This document shows positions 39,857 through 51,970 of a stretch of DNA of 64,000 bases, in pieces. The DNA is from the human T2T-CHM13v2.0 reference genome, Homo sapiens. The stretch is from NCBI RefSeq assembly GCF_009914755.1, contig NC_060933.1; one strand, 5' to 3'. The translations under genes were made by a program, and so were the position numbers. Within the stretch, counting starts at the first letter, position 1, and each line of letters opens with the position of its first letter. The notes beneath the pieces were generated by a model. The model saw nothing but the letters and a program-made list of their open reading frames with translations, did not search any database and had not been told where the DNA came from.

Positions 39857-42800
39857 CTGAAATCAAGGGAGAACAAACATGAGACCGTGCCCCAAAGGAA
39901 GCCCACGTTTTTTAAATACCGAAGCCTGACAGCAAGCATATTTGAGGGGCTTGTTTGTTTTTCTCTCAGTGGTTTTCAGGGAACAGTTCTCCCCTTCTTG
40001 GGTACACACAGCTTTTATTTTCATGGTGGAACAGGTTCCTCCGGAGCTCACGTCTGGCTCGCTTCAGGCTGATGTTCACGGTCTGTCTCCTAAGTGCTGC
40101 CATGCCCTGCCAGTTCCCTGTCTGGACACTGTATAATTAGTCAGTCTTGTACTGTTTGCATCTGTGCCAAGGTCTCTGTATTAGCACTTTTCAGTCACAG
40201 GGGATGAGAGTCAGGTAACAGAATATTTGGTCAGCTGACTGAGAAGGGCACAGCACAGGCCTTCTTCCTCTTCTCACTGCTGCAGTGAGCCACGGTAGGT
40301 CAGCTGGGGCCCCTCTCTGTCACTGCTAAATCAATGTAATGAGAACTGGAGCTTCCCTGATCCTAGCATGAACGTAGGATCCTGCACCCTTTTAACTTTA
40401 GAGTCTAACTAACCCAGGGAATTTTCCTGATGGTGTGATGAATATACTTGGCCTTCATCAAAGGAGTCTCTCAAACTACGAAAACACAGCTTCGGGATCT
40501 CCCCCCACTGTTGCCCGTTACGACACAGAGAGTGAGTTACAGTCCCATTCGTATGGGCAGCCTAGCCTTCGAGAACGGTATGTGACCTCAAACGTGAATA
40601 CGTGCCCATTTAGATCAGCTAATTGGTACGATGTCACAGAAGAAACTGGGGCTTGTCACTTTCACAGTCTATCAGAAAGGTTCCCTCAGTGTCTGGGACC
40701 TACTCCGTAGACATCTCATTATGCTGCAATCATAGCAGCAGCATTAGGCTGATTCTCTTTAACTTCCTTCTTTGTACAAAGTTATGCTGAGCTCCATACC
40801 CATTTCTGTTCTTTTTGAACTTACTCTACTAATATCAAAGAATAAATGGATTTTTTAAAAAAATAAATCAGGTTCAGGATTAAGAAAAAGAAGCCACATT
40901 ATCAAAAAGATTTGAGGGTTTAAAAGTTCAGGGAGTTGTATTTTTATACCAGTACCACTTTTCCCCAACCTCTCCAGGATAGAATAAGTACCCCAGATGA
41001 CCTAGCCCCCAAAAGCTTAATCCAATGGAACAAGAGTTCAAGTATTTCAAGGAACATGTGAAGAGGCAGAATTACCATCTTCCCGCTCAAAAAGCTACTG
41101 ACAAGGGTGTGATCTGATTTGAAGGGTTTATTTCTGGTAAATCAGCATTCTGTCAGGTTAACTCTTGTCCTCAGAAGCCTGTACCTACCACAGTCCTCCA
41201 AAGAGGTGGTGAGGCCTGAAAATGCTTACCAGTACAGAAAGGCAAGGCTGAGCTTCTGTTGTGTGGGTCAGCTTCCATACAAGTTGCATATTTGCAAACT
41301 CACTAGAGTCACCTTATGAATCACTAACCTCATTTATGCTCAGCTAGCTCAGGGAACCACAATTCTGCTTGTATTCCAAATAATAATTTTACCCAGGGGA
41401 GAAGGCTGTTTGGATTGACTGTGGCAATAGTTTCAAAACTGGTGTTTGTCAGCATGGAGCTTGGTGTTTTATATACTATTCCAAAATCTAATGGAATAAT
41501 AAAGGTCATAGAGATACTATGAAAACACAGCTAACTTTTTTTTTTCCTGCTTCAGTGTAGAAATGTGAGTTCTCCTATTTATTTTGTTGTAGTTGCTGAA
41601 TGCACCCAGTATTTATTTTTCCCCAGAGGTTTTTTTGTATGTATGTGCATGTGTTCATCACAAGGGAAGCATTGCCCCTGCTGTTTACAACCCAATGGGC
41701 AACAAGGAAACTTGGTGTGCACACTCTGTGCTCTACTCTATGGTCCAACAGAAAGTGTGCTGCTTCTCAGAGGTCTGTATTAGCTATACTTGGCATTAGC
41801 TACAATGACATAGGCTGGGAAATTGGGGATTGTTTGTAGCCTGCCACTCGCTCAGAGTTAAGCCTGGTTTAGGACCTCTCTTTCATCCCATTTAACAGCC
41901 AGGAAAAACCATCCATCATCCACCTGCCCCATCATCCATCTGTTCACCCATCTATCATTCAGCCGTTATTTTTATATTCCATATTGATAAGTGTCTATTA
42001 CGTACTTGATACTCTATGTGTGTTCCTGCCCTTGGGGAAACTGTAATTTAATGAAGGGAGCAGACCTCTATATATCGATTTTACCAAAATACCAAGACCT
42101 ATTAGTATAAATCATTGGACAGTGTTAAAAGCACTTTAATGCACTCATTTGTGGCCCCACAATGCATCCTAAGCTCTGGCCAAACCAGACAACTGACCAC
42201 ACTCAAATGTATTATGACAATTTATACTACTGAGCTTTTTTCTGTGATGTCCTCTACCTTTTTCTACTTACTTCATTACATTTGCTCTATATGCAGAGTT
42301 AACTGTGTTCTTTTTATTCTTCTCTTAGCGGGCAATTATTCCACAAATATGTATAGGGTACCTATCATTTGGCAGACATGAAGCTAGGTCCTGGGACAGG
42401 AAACAAGACATCCTCGGTGCCTGGTATCTCCAAACAGCATCAGTTCATGTTCATTGAGTAAACAAAGATGAACAAGATATATAAATGCCCATGGAATCTC
42501 GGGGCTCAGTGACTAGGACAGGGACAGAAAGGAACATTTATCCACCAACTCCTATTTTTCATTTGTTGACGGTTGCGCCATTGGTCAAGATTAATTTGCT
42601 CACACTTTGAGGGGCACGTGTACCAGAGTGGCTAAATGTTCTCACAGATACCCAACATCAGGGTATCAGAGAAGCCTCAGGGAAGAAAGCCAGAGGGACA
42701 TGGTGCAGTTGAGGAGAGGTGCTACCATGCTACGGCTGGTGCATTAGCTGGCTGCATTAGCAAAGGCCACTAGAAACAGGTGGTGAAGGGGATGCTAGGT

Positions 42801-44721
42801 GGGGCACACGAGGTGTCAGGTATAGGGCTGAGGGCTCCAGAATATGCCCTCCAGCTGTGCTGGTTTGACTGACTGCCAGTCAAGCCCACGTCAACTGGTG
42901 TTGACTGACCACCAGTCAAGCCCACATCCATAGCCCTTCCCTTGAATGCTATGGCTGGTGAAGGGGACAGAAATGGGCAGTGGTCCTCTTTTACGGCCCC
43001 ATGAGAACAAGAAAGGGAGGGCTTTAGGGTTCAATTTAAAAACTGGATTTGGAAAATGTACTTCTTATCTAGGGTGGAGGAAATCACTTCTCTGGAAAAC
43101 AAGGTCTATGACTTGCCTTTACTTTCTATAGTATAGGAAAATCTTACTTCTGGTGAGAAGGTGAGATTACAACCTAGTAGAAGCCTGTAAGTCAGTGTCT
43201 ACATGACAGCACTTTGCATGCCAAGTCCAGGCCATGACTGCTCATTGTAGACGTTGCTTGTGACCAAGATGATGACCAGAAATTTGGAGGAAGTAACAAC
43301 AGACGCAAGCATGCTTTCCAACATTTATCCAATCCCCATCTCACATACCCTTCAAAAAAAATGGACAACACTCTGGAGTCAGAGAGCTGTGGCTTCAACA
43401 GAATTGTCCTTGGTCTCTGCCAATGATCCACTGTGGCATAGGAAATGCTCTTTTACTTATCCTGACTTCTAGGAATTTCTGACCATATCACAGTCATGCA
43501 TCCAGAATTCAATCTTTATTAATTACTACAGTCTAGGAATATTCTTTTATGCATTCATTCTTCCAAACACAATTTTCCAGCACCTACTCTGCACCAGGCA
43601 GGTGCTAATCTCCATTAATGTTTTAAGTCTGAATATCTGCCGACTTCATACAGACTTTCCCACCACAACATATGGTTCCAGACAAATGTTCAGGTTTTGC
43701 CAAGTGATTTTTAACCTCAGGAAGAAAATCTCCACCTTAGAGTAAAACTGTAATGTCATTCGCAAAAGGAAAAACTTCCTTCCATACACATTCAAAATAA
43801 TTTTCCAAACTCAACGAATAGGGCACACAATTGTGGCCTATCGATCAAAACATAAGGAAGAGAGCTGATCCCTCCAGGATACAGGGCAATATTAACAAAA
43901 CTGTTGTCATCAAATCAGCCGACACACACAGGCTGCCCACAGGAGCAGCCTTCATTGTCTGTGTCAACTCCGGGGTCATTACTGCTTTCAAGGCTGCAAG
44001 AGGGCTTCTAAGTGAACTTCCAGACATACCTGATGACTGGCAGCTGGAACAACTGATTAAGCACAGCAGAGGAACATATTGGAAATTCTTATTGCTTTTG
44101 TGATTAAGAGATGGTAGTCTCCCTGAGGAAATAAAATCCTGTTCTTGAGATGAATACGTGAGCCTTGTCTTCAGCAGAGGCCAGCTACTGGCCTCCCTGC
44201 TGCCATGGGCTTTCTCTTTCTTAGTGGCCTGGCTCACTGCAGTCTCTCATCCATCTACAGTAGAGGTAGGTGGAGGTAACTCAGTTGAGCTTTATAATTT
44301 TAACAAAGCAGCATCTGTTGATCTATGTGGTTCTCAGATGCCATCTCATAGGCTACCAGAGCATTCTAGGCTGGCACCTTTAGCTCAGGTTAATTTGGTT
44401 AGTATGCAGTTCTCTTTGTCCAAATGAAAACCATTAATCTATATTTCTAATGGGTATAAACAGGGCACCCTTGGGGTTACTTCAGCTGTAACATATTTAT
44501 TGTGTGGATGGAGGGAGGCCAAGAGTGTTAGTAGCATCCCCAAATAAAGATTACTTGTCTCAGGCCATCACCAGAGCGGAGGAAGGCTACTATAGGCATT
44601 GCTTGGTAACTGTGTTTTCATCACTTCAGAGGGAAAGGATGAAGACCTCCCTTGTCAGGCTAAGGTATATTAAAAACAGCCAATATGCATTCTTGTTTAA
44701 AACTATGTGAGCAGCAAGAGT

Positions 44722-44840
44722 CCTGCTTCTCAAGCTTTAATGTGCAAATAAATCATCAAGGTAAAATACAGATTCTGACTCACTAGGTCTTGGGGGTGCT
44801 GAGGCTGCTGGTATGGAAACTACACTTTGAGTAGTAGGTG
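44722..44840. mobile_element. MER5-type hAT-Charlie MITE, internally deleted
   Basis: gcttctcaagctttaatgtgca...cagattctgactcactaggtct...cactttgagtag. Confidence 0.65.
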
Positions 44841-44899
44841 CTGGGGATCCTGTCTCAGCTTCATTTCATCTTCTTGCTGCCCCTTGATACCTTGGAATC

Positions 44900-45070
44900 A
44901 ATAGTTAAGACTTATTGAGCATTTATAATGTGCAAAGTTCTTTATAAACATTTCCCCAGTTTGCTGATGAGGAACTTGAGGCCTATTCTGGTTCCTGGTT
45001 AAGTTACCTGGCTTAGGTCACGTGGCAGGCAAATAGCGGGGCTGGAATTCAAATCCGGGAAGCCTGATTT
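44900..45070 (-). mobile_element. MIR
   Basis: ttattgagcattt...gatgaggaacttgaggc...ggctggaattcaaatcc. Confidence 0.7.
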
Positions 45071-46129
45071 TATTAATAGATCACATGACCCAGAACACCA
45101 CCCTATATTGCCTCCCAAAGGCAAGACAGATTCAAGAAAACGCATAAAAGTGTTGTGTCAGGGCCCCTGAACACTCTGTTTGCAAAGGCTGCTTGTTGCC
45201 AATAGCCACTAATCCCCCACCACAAACAACACACAAGCAGCTGTAGCCATCAAACTGTGGGTTAGAGTGCAAAAAGGATATTCCCATTTCTGTTTCTGCC
45301 CATCCTGAAAGCAATTCAGCACTGAAGAGAGAAGTTTTCCAGCTCTGAAAATTACTTCAGGCAAGAAATTAACTGAATTATTTGGTTTAGAAAGCAAACA
45401 GCTGGTAGGAAATGTGCTTTTTCCCAAATAAAGATTTCAGATACTTGCTAGAGGCATATTGATCCACTGCTGGGAAAAGAAGGAAGGCAGGGAAGGGTTA
45501 TTCGTGAGCAATTAGTTATATGCATCCTTTACCACAAGCAAGAATGATGTTCTGGGCTGAAAGGCCACCAGTTGTCAATAATGCACCAAGGGGAGGTTTA
45601 CCGGGCAGATCTGCAACCACTGAGCTGCTTTGTAAATCTGCGTTGGAGTCATTCATGGTTGCATTATGGCCATGGTGCTGCTCCTCATGCAGGCTTGCTC
45701 TCATAGAAAAGGGGGAACCGGTATTACCCACACACTGTGAATTCACGTATAAGTAGTGCTAGAGTAATGTTGAGATCCTGACAAATGACATTATTGCTTG
45801 GTGGCTGGAACATGGGAAGAGGTGTTGGCTCACCATTCATCTCTTGGGCAGTATTTCCAGGGTCAAGGCACGGAGGATAAGCTAATCAATGAAATCAGGG
45901 TAAATGAGCTTTCACGGGGACACTGAAAAGAATGAGAAGCCCCATGTGAATGGTGAGTTCAATCTTGTCTCTTTGTCTCTCTCCCTGGAGAATTTTAGAG
46001 CTGGGAAAAGTTCGGGAACAGCTGGACAACAGAAATTCTGATTCCCTCAGCCTCATCAGAAATCGGGCACTTTATAGAGACATTGTCAGTGTGGTTATTA
46101 ACAGAACAAAGCAAAGCATACACAATGTG

Positions 46130-46330
46130 AGACGGATAGACCTGAATTAGAATCTTAGCCTTAGCTATTAATAGCAATGTGTCTAGGCAAATCACTTAAC
46201 CTAAGTTTCTTCATCTTAAATAAGGATAATACCTCACTGGACTGTGACGAGGATTATAGAATGAGCAGAAAACACTGAGCATATGCCTGAACGCCAGTCA
46301 AGTGCTCAAGAAACCACTGTTGCTATTATT
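46130..46330 (+). mobile_element. MIR
   Basis: ggcaaatcacttaacctaagtttcttcatct...ataatacctcac...gaggatta. Confidence 0.75.
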
Positions 46331-49300
46331 TGGCTACTTATATTATTGTAATTATTACCATTATTAATAGAACTAGGGAAAGATAAGGGTACATGTTGCT
46401 CCCAAATGGTAAATCTCGAATAAAGTATGACCTCCTATCTAAACTACAGATGGAAGAATTCATACAAATATAAACTGTGGTGTTACTTTACAAATGCAGA
46501 AGAGTTTACATACCATTCTCAAATAAGCTTTTTGTTGTTCTATTTTTTTTATATGAGTTGCTATGAAGTGGGGCCTGTGAAAGAATCCTCAAGGGTTAAA
46601 ATGTACTTTATTTTGCACGAGTAGAGTAATACACACCTTTTGAGTTACAACCCATAATGCATTTCAGTTTAAAAGATAACAAGTCATTTTCATGCATGAC
46701 TGCACTTCGTTAAGGAGCGAAAATGGGCTGTTACTAAAATGTCAACACAATTGTCCCTCTTGAAGCTTAGTTTATCTTGAAGTATTTTTACACTTTCAGC
46801 ACTTCTTTTTGTTTGTTTCTCCAAGAGCATAAAGATCCAGAATTTTCAGGAGTCAAGAAAGACTTTCCCTTCAGGCATTCTGAAGAAAATTACCAATATT
46901 GGGGGTGACTCAAGTTTTGGCCCCCAATAGTGAAAATACAAGGTCTGGTACCTTCTGCGGTCTTTTTGCATTTCACCTTGGAGCAATTTAATTGTGTTGT
47001 CCTTCAATGAAAAATGCTCTCTGAACCTAAATTCACAAACCAGAAAGAGATTTCTAGCAAGGAAAATGCCCTGTCAGGGTCACTTGGAAGGCTGCGTTTG
47101 GTATTGAGGTTAATTGGAGAACGAGAGAGAGGCCTCAGCTAATCTTAGCCTTGCTGCCAATGAGTAGAAGGAGCTGGTTTTCTTTTTTCCTTCTTCTTAA
47201 TGTCTGATCATTTCCCCCCTTCCCCTGCCTCTGCATCAGGAAGGGCATCATTCCACATTCTACCTGTATTAGGAAAAAGTAGCTTCTTAAGGGTTGGCAC
47301 AGTCATCTCTCTAATCTTTCCCTTCTCCTTGTGGCATGAAAACTTTTAATATTGCCAATCCCTAAAAATCTATTATTTCTGCCTGTCTTTTTTTTCCTTC
47401 CCACTTTGCAGTGTAGACTATCATTATCCAGCAGCCCTGATAAGAGGATAATGAAACAATCCCTTCTCAACTGGATCGGGTGGCTGTCAGACTAAAATGA
47501 CACCACCCGTACATCCTTGACATGCTACCACAAGCTAATTGACAGCAAACATTGGCAACTGTCTCCCATGCACCAAGACAAAGGAAACATATTCATGTCA
47601 CCTGATGGGAGAGCTACCTGGCAACGGATAAACAAATGTGTTAGGGAGATGTTCTATTAAGGTAAGTGAGGGCACGGCTCTGTAGAACATGCCTATTAAC
47701 TTTGAGCTTAAGCGTGCTGCTATTCTCTAGGGAACAGAAATAAATAAAGCAAAATGAGAATTTATTGATGTCTGGACAGCTACATGAATATTCAGGTTCT
47801 CTTACAAACAGATATTCCCCCATGAGCTCCAAACTTCTGCGTAGGCTGCTCAATTACATTTCCACATCATGCAGCTGGATTTATAGCCAGGGAAGAGGTG
47901 TTAGTGTGTGGAAGAGGATACAGGTTTATATGCTTCTCTGGAGTACCCTGCAATACAACTAGAAGATAATGGCTGATGCCATCCACATAAATGTCAAAAG
48001 GTACCATCAAGCATTCCTAAATACCAGGTCTAATTAACTTCATGTTAGGAAAAGCTCTGGAAACATCTGCATTTCAGAACAAAGACATTTTGTTACCAGT
48101 AGAATGGCATCATCTGGCAGCTCTATCAACTTCTCTGGGATGAACCTTTCATACAGCCCTCTTAGATCTTTCCAAGCAATGCATGACACAGCTAACCTCA
48201 AATCTCCTACCTTTTCTGTCTTTTCTCCACCTCCCAACCTACCTGCTACTCACCTTCGAAGGATTCATGACACAGAAAGTCAGTAAAATAGCTGGAACAA
48301 GCAAACTATTCAGACTACCCTGTGGGAAATCTGTCATTTCCTCCTGGTCTGTGTGTTATGTTAACCCTCATTGGGGCAGAGTGGGAAGGCAGAAAAAAAG
48401 GAGAAAGACGGGGTAGACGTGGCCAATCACTCCTGGAAGTTCTTACAGAAAGATCCCTCACCTTTTTTTGGAAATAAAAGTTTTACTTGGCCACAAAAAA
48501 CAAAGCTGCAGTAAAAAATACTGGGTTCCCAATCTCCTCATTACTCATGCCTCAACTATCTCCTACCTGTACCATGTTGACCACAAAAGATATTTCCTCC
48601 CTTTCAGAGCATGCTGAGACAATCCCACCCACTCTACTTTCACGTGACTTCTAAAATCACTTCACAGTGAAGGCTTCTTGGAAACAGATTTTTAGCATAG
48701 ACAGCCAATCTGATTTTTAATGCACTATTATTCTAGCCAAAGTCAAGGGATGACCTATCAATCAACTCTGAACTCTCTCAAAGAGCCTCTCCCTTTCCTA
48801 GATGTGTAAAATGAAGTAACAACAGCCCTTCTGGAGAATTACGCTATAGCGAGGAGCTCACAGCTTCTTCGATTATCATGAGCCCTGGGCGAAACTGCAT
48901 CGACAATGAAGCTGGTTTTGTTATGACTCCAGAGAACCCCCTTTCCTCCTTTATTCACACTCTGACCACAATCTTCCATTTGGCCATCAGGCGCTTCAGG
49001 TTACCTCCTAGCTTACTTTACTCTCAAGATAGATGCTAGGAGGTACTCACGTGCTGTCATGAGTTTATGCCCATATACAACATTTTTTCAAATAATTTTT
49101 ATGTAAAGGCTTTTATCTGTATCTGGAATGGAGGGTTCAGCCTTCAGTTATATCCATTTCAAACATCCTTGTTGCTGCTAGAAAATATATTTTGAGGAAG
49201 CATGTGACATCCCTGTTAGAATGTGACTAGATGGGTCCCTAAAGTTCAATATTTCAATTATTTGCTTTACTTTAGGCTTTAATTTATGTGTCTAGGAGAG

Positions 49301-49924
49301 GCTTAGATTTTCGAAAACATAACCCTTGATATTCAAGAATTTGAGATACTTTCCTTTCTAGGAAAAAAAATCTTGGGCAGAATAAAACCAGGACTGCCCC
49401 TGCCTCTGATCTCTTTGCCAGCCTTTAGCACCTCATAACTAGAATGGAGCCCCACCTGTCCTGAGGCAGTTTCTTCCTAAGTGAGAGCCACGTTAGTCAG
49501 TGCTCCCACAATGGCCCAGGCTGCTTATGCAGGTGTCTTCTTGCAATTTGTTGCCTTTAACCAGTAATAGTTCCATTTGAGGGCCACTACTTTTGGGGTT
49601 CCATAGAGTGCCCTGGGAGACCTATGAGTATTGGATAGTACATGTGTTCTGGATGCCTTCAATGGAAACAGCTTTGCCATTATCTGTTTTAAATATTGGG
49701 CCTTAAAAAGTCTCCAAAAACCCATGGACTAGAAGACTACTAAAGTATTTGCTAAATCTAAAATATTATGGGGATCAATAAAATGATAAAATCTGCATGT
49801 ATTACATGATCCTAAACTGTCTTATAATACATTCTCCTCTTTAATTCATTTCAATTAATCCACTTTATGGATGCCTTGATTTCACTCAGTCATTTTGATG
49901 AATGTCTCAGATGTAAGTATAAAA

Positions 49925-50152
49925 CAGGGCTTGGCAAACCTTTGTTGCAAAGGAGCAGACAGAAAATATTTTAGGCTTTGCAGGCAAAGAGGCAATGTTC
50001 ACATTCTTCAGGCAACTGTTCTCACCTAAAGGCTAATAACTTTTAAAAAATTTTTTACATTAAAAAATCTTAAAACCATCCTTAGTTCTCAGGCCATGCA
50101 AAATCACGGGGCAGGCCAGATTTGGCCTATGGGCCATAGTTTGCTGATTCTC
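49925..50152. mobile_element. MER58-type hAT-Charlie MITE
   Basis: cagggcttggcaaac...tattttaggctttgcaggc...ggccagatttggcctatgggccatagtttgctga. Confidence 0.8.
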
Positions 50153-50789
50153 AGTGTAATAACTGTTGCATGCTAACTACTAAGAACCATCATGAAAAGA
50201 CTAGGGAACTGTTTTTGAAATATGAAAACTAAATTTGAGGTAAGCAACAGACAAGAACAGTTTTTTTAGACACCTGAGAGTCTATTTTGAGATAAATGAC
50301 ATGGCCTGGAAGAGCCTATTTACAAAATGACATCAGGACCAGGGCTACATCCCAGCAATACCAAAACAAGGAATATGTAAAATTGCATTGGCCGAGGCCA
50401 TCAATCCCATTTCTCCTTTCTTCCACCTGCCTCACTCTCACAAATTCACTGTTCATTAAATTCAGTTTACAAGCAGGCAATGGCACTCTGTACAACCAGT
50501 ATAAGGATACTTCTACTCTTCATGGAAACAACAACAACAACAAAAGTCTAATTTGCAGATCAGAAAATGGGCCTTAGAATACAGAAGCTCCAGCCCTCCG
50601 CTTGACTTAAATTCTTCTTGGAAGGAACGCTTTATGTCAGCACATCCATTACTGACTACCAAGTAGTAGCACCCAGCATAAAAGACATGGATAGAAGGGG
50701 TTCTATTCACTGCCACAGACATTGACTTTGTTCACAATTAGTTATCCAAGATTTTAAGCAAGAAGGAAAGAAAAAAAGAGAAAAGAACA

Positions 50790-50985
50790 TGAGCATCTGC
50801 CAATTGCCGGGGAGTGTACTAAACTCTTTTATGTTATCTCATTTAGTTCTCATAGCAGTCCTATGGAGTCAGTATTATTATTATTATAGAAAAGGAAAAG
50901 TAACCTCCCCAAACTGAACATCTAGGGACTGGAGATCCAGAACTGGAGTTTAGATTTAGCTCCACGTTCTTTCTGGCATAGCACG
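50790..50985 (-). mobile_element. MIR
   Basis: ttatctcatttagttctcatagcagtcctatggagtcagtattatt. Confidence 0.7.
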
Positions 50986-51680
50986 CTGTCTCTAAAAAAC
51001 AAAACAAACCAAACAACAACAACAACACAACAACAACAAACCCACCAACAACACTATTTTTGAATGACCAAACCCTAGTAACCATCAAAACACAATTTTG
51101 ACATTGTGAGTTTGGGGGCATTGCCACCCCAGTGATGGCTTTGTAATTCCAATTTGCTTTTCTTTAGAGAGCTACAGTAGATTTCCTTAATTAAAAAATG
51201 CCATGTGAACTACTGGCAAAGTAGTGGAATACAAAATGTAAAGAAACATATTTCAGTTTTCTTTTATTCTACTGAGTGATGTTGATTGTATTCCCAAACT
51301 TTTAGGCTTCCACTTTTCCTTCTTTCCTCAAAAAAAAAAAAAAAAAAAAAAAAAGTAGGAGGAAGAGGAGGAGGAGGAAAAGGTAGGTAATTGGTAATCT
51401 GTGGCATCTGTTCTCTAATTTTCAGAACTATAGCATGTATTTTTATAGTATTTAGATAAAAGCAACAATAGTTACAACTATTAGGTGCTGAACACTTACT
51501 ATGTTTAAAGAACTCTTTATGTCATTTAATCCAGCAATTGATCGCACTAAGAGGAAAATTCGGGTTACAGGAAGAAGTGTCATTTCCATTTATAAATGTT
51601 ACATTTGAGCATAGATTGGCTAAAGCGATGATCACAGGGATTGTACAAAACGTGGTCAGTAACGTAATTTAAGAAAAAAG

Positions 51681-51970
51681 AGCCGCTGCCATGGTTCATG
51701 CTTGTAATCTCAGAACTTTGGGAGACCAAGGCAGGAGGATCACTTGAGTCCAGGAGTTTGACGTAAGCCTGGGCAAGACCTTGTCTCTACACAAAATAAT
51801 TTTAAAAATAAATTAGCCAGGTGTGGTGGCACATACCTGAAGTCTCAGCTACTCAGAAGGCTGAGGCAGGAGGATGACTTGAGCCCAGGGGTTCAAGGTT
51901 ACAGTGAGCTATGATCATGCCACTGCACTCTAGCGTGAGTGGCAAAGCAAGTTCCTGTCTCAAAAGAAAA
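51681..51970 (+). mobile_element. Alu (AluJ-like)
   Basis: ggcaggaggatcacttgag, ggaggatgacttgagcccagg and gagctatgatc J diagnostics. Confidence 0.9.

Noticed and set aside
43845-44237. 130-aa non-repeat minus-strand ORF
   Set aside because: No recognisable domain or convincing splice sites; length is compatible with chance in 64 kb.
51313-51383. A25 run flanked by complementary CT-rich and GA-rich arms
   Set aside because: Low-complexity complementarity; no retroelement body or TSD.
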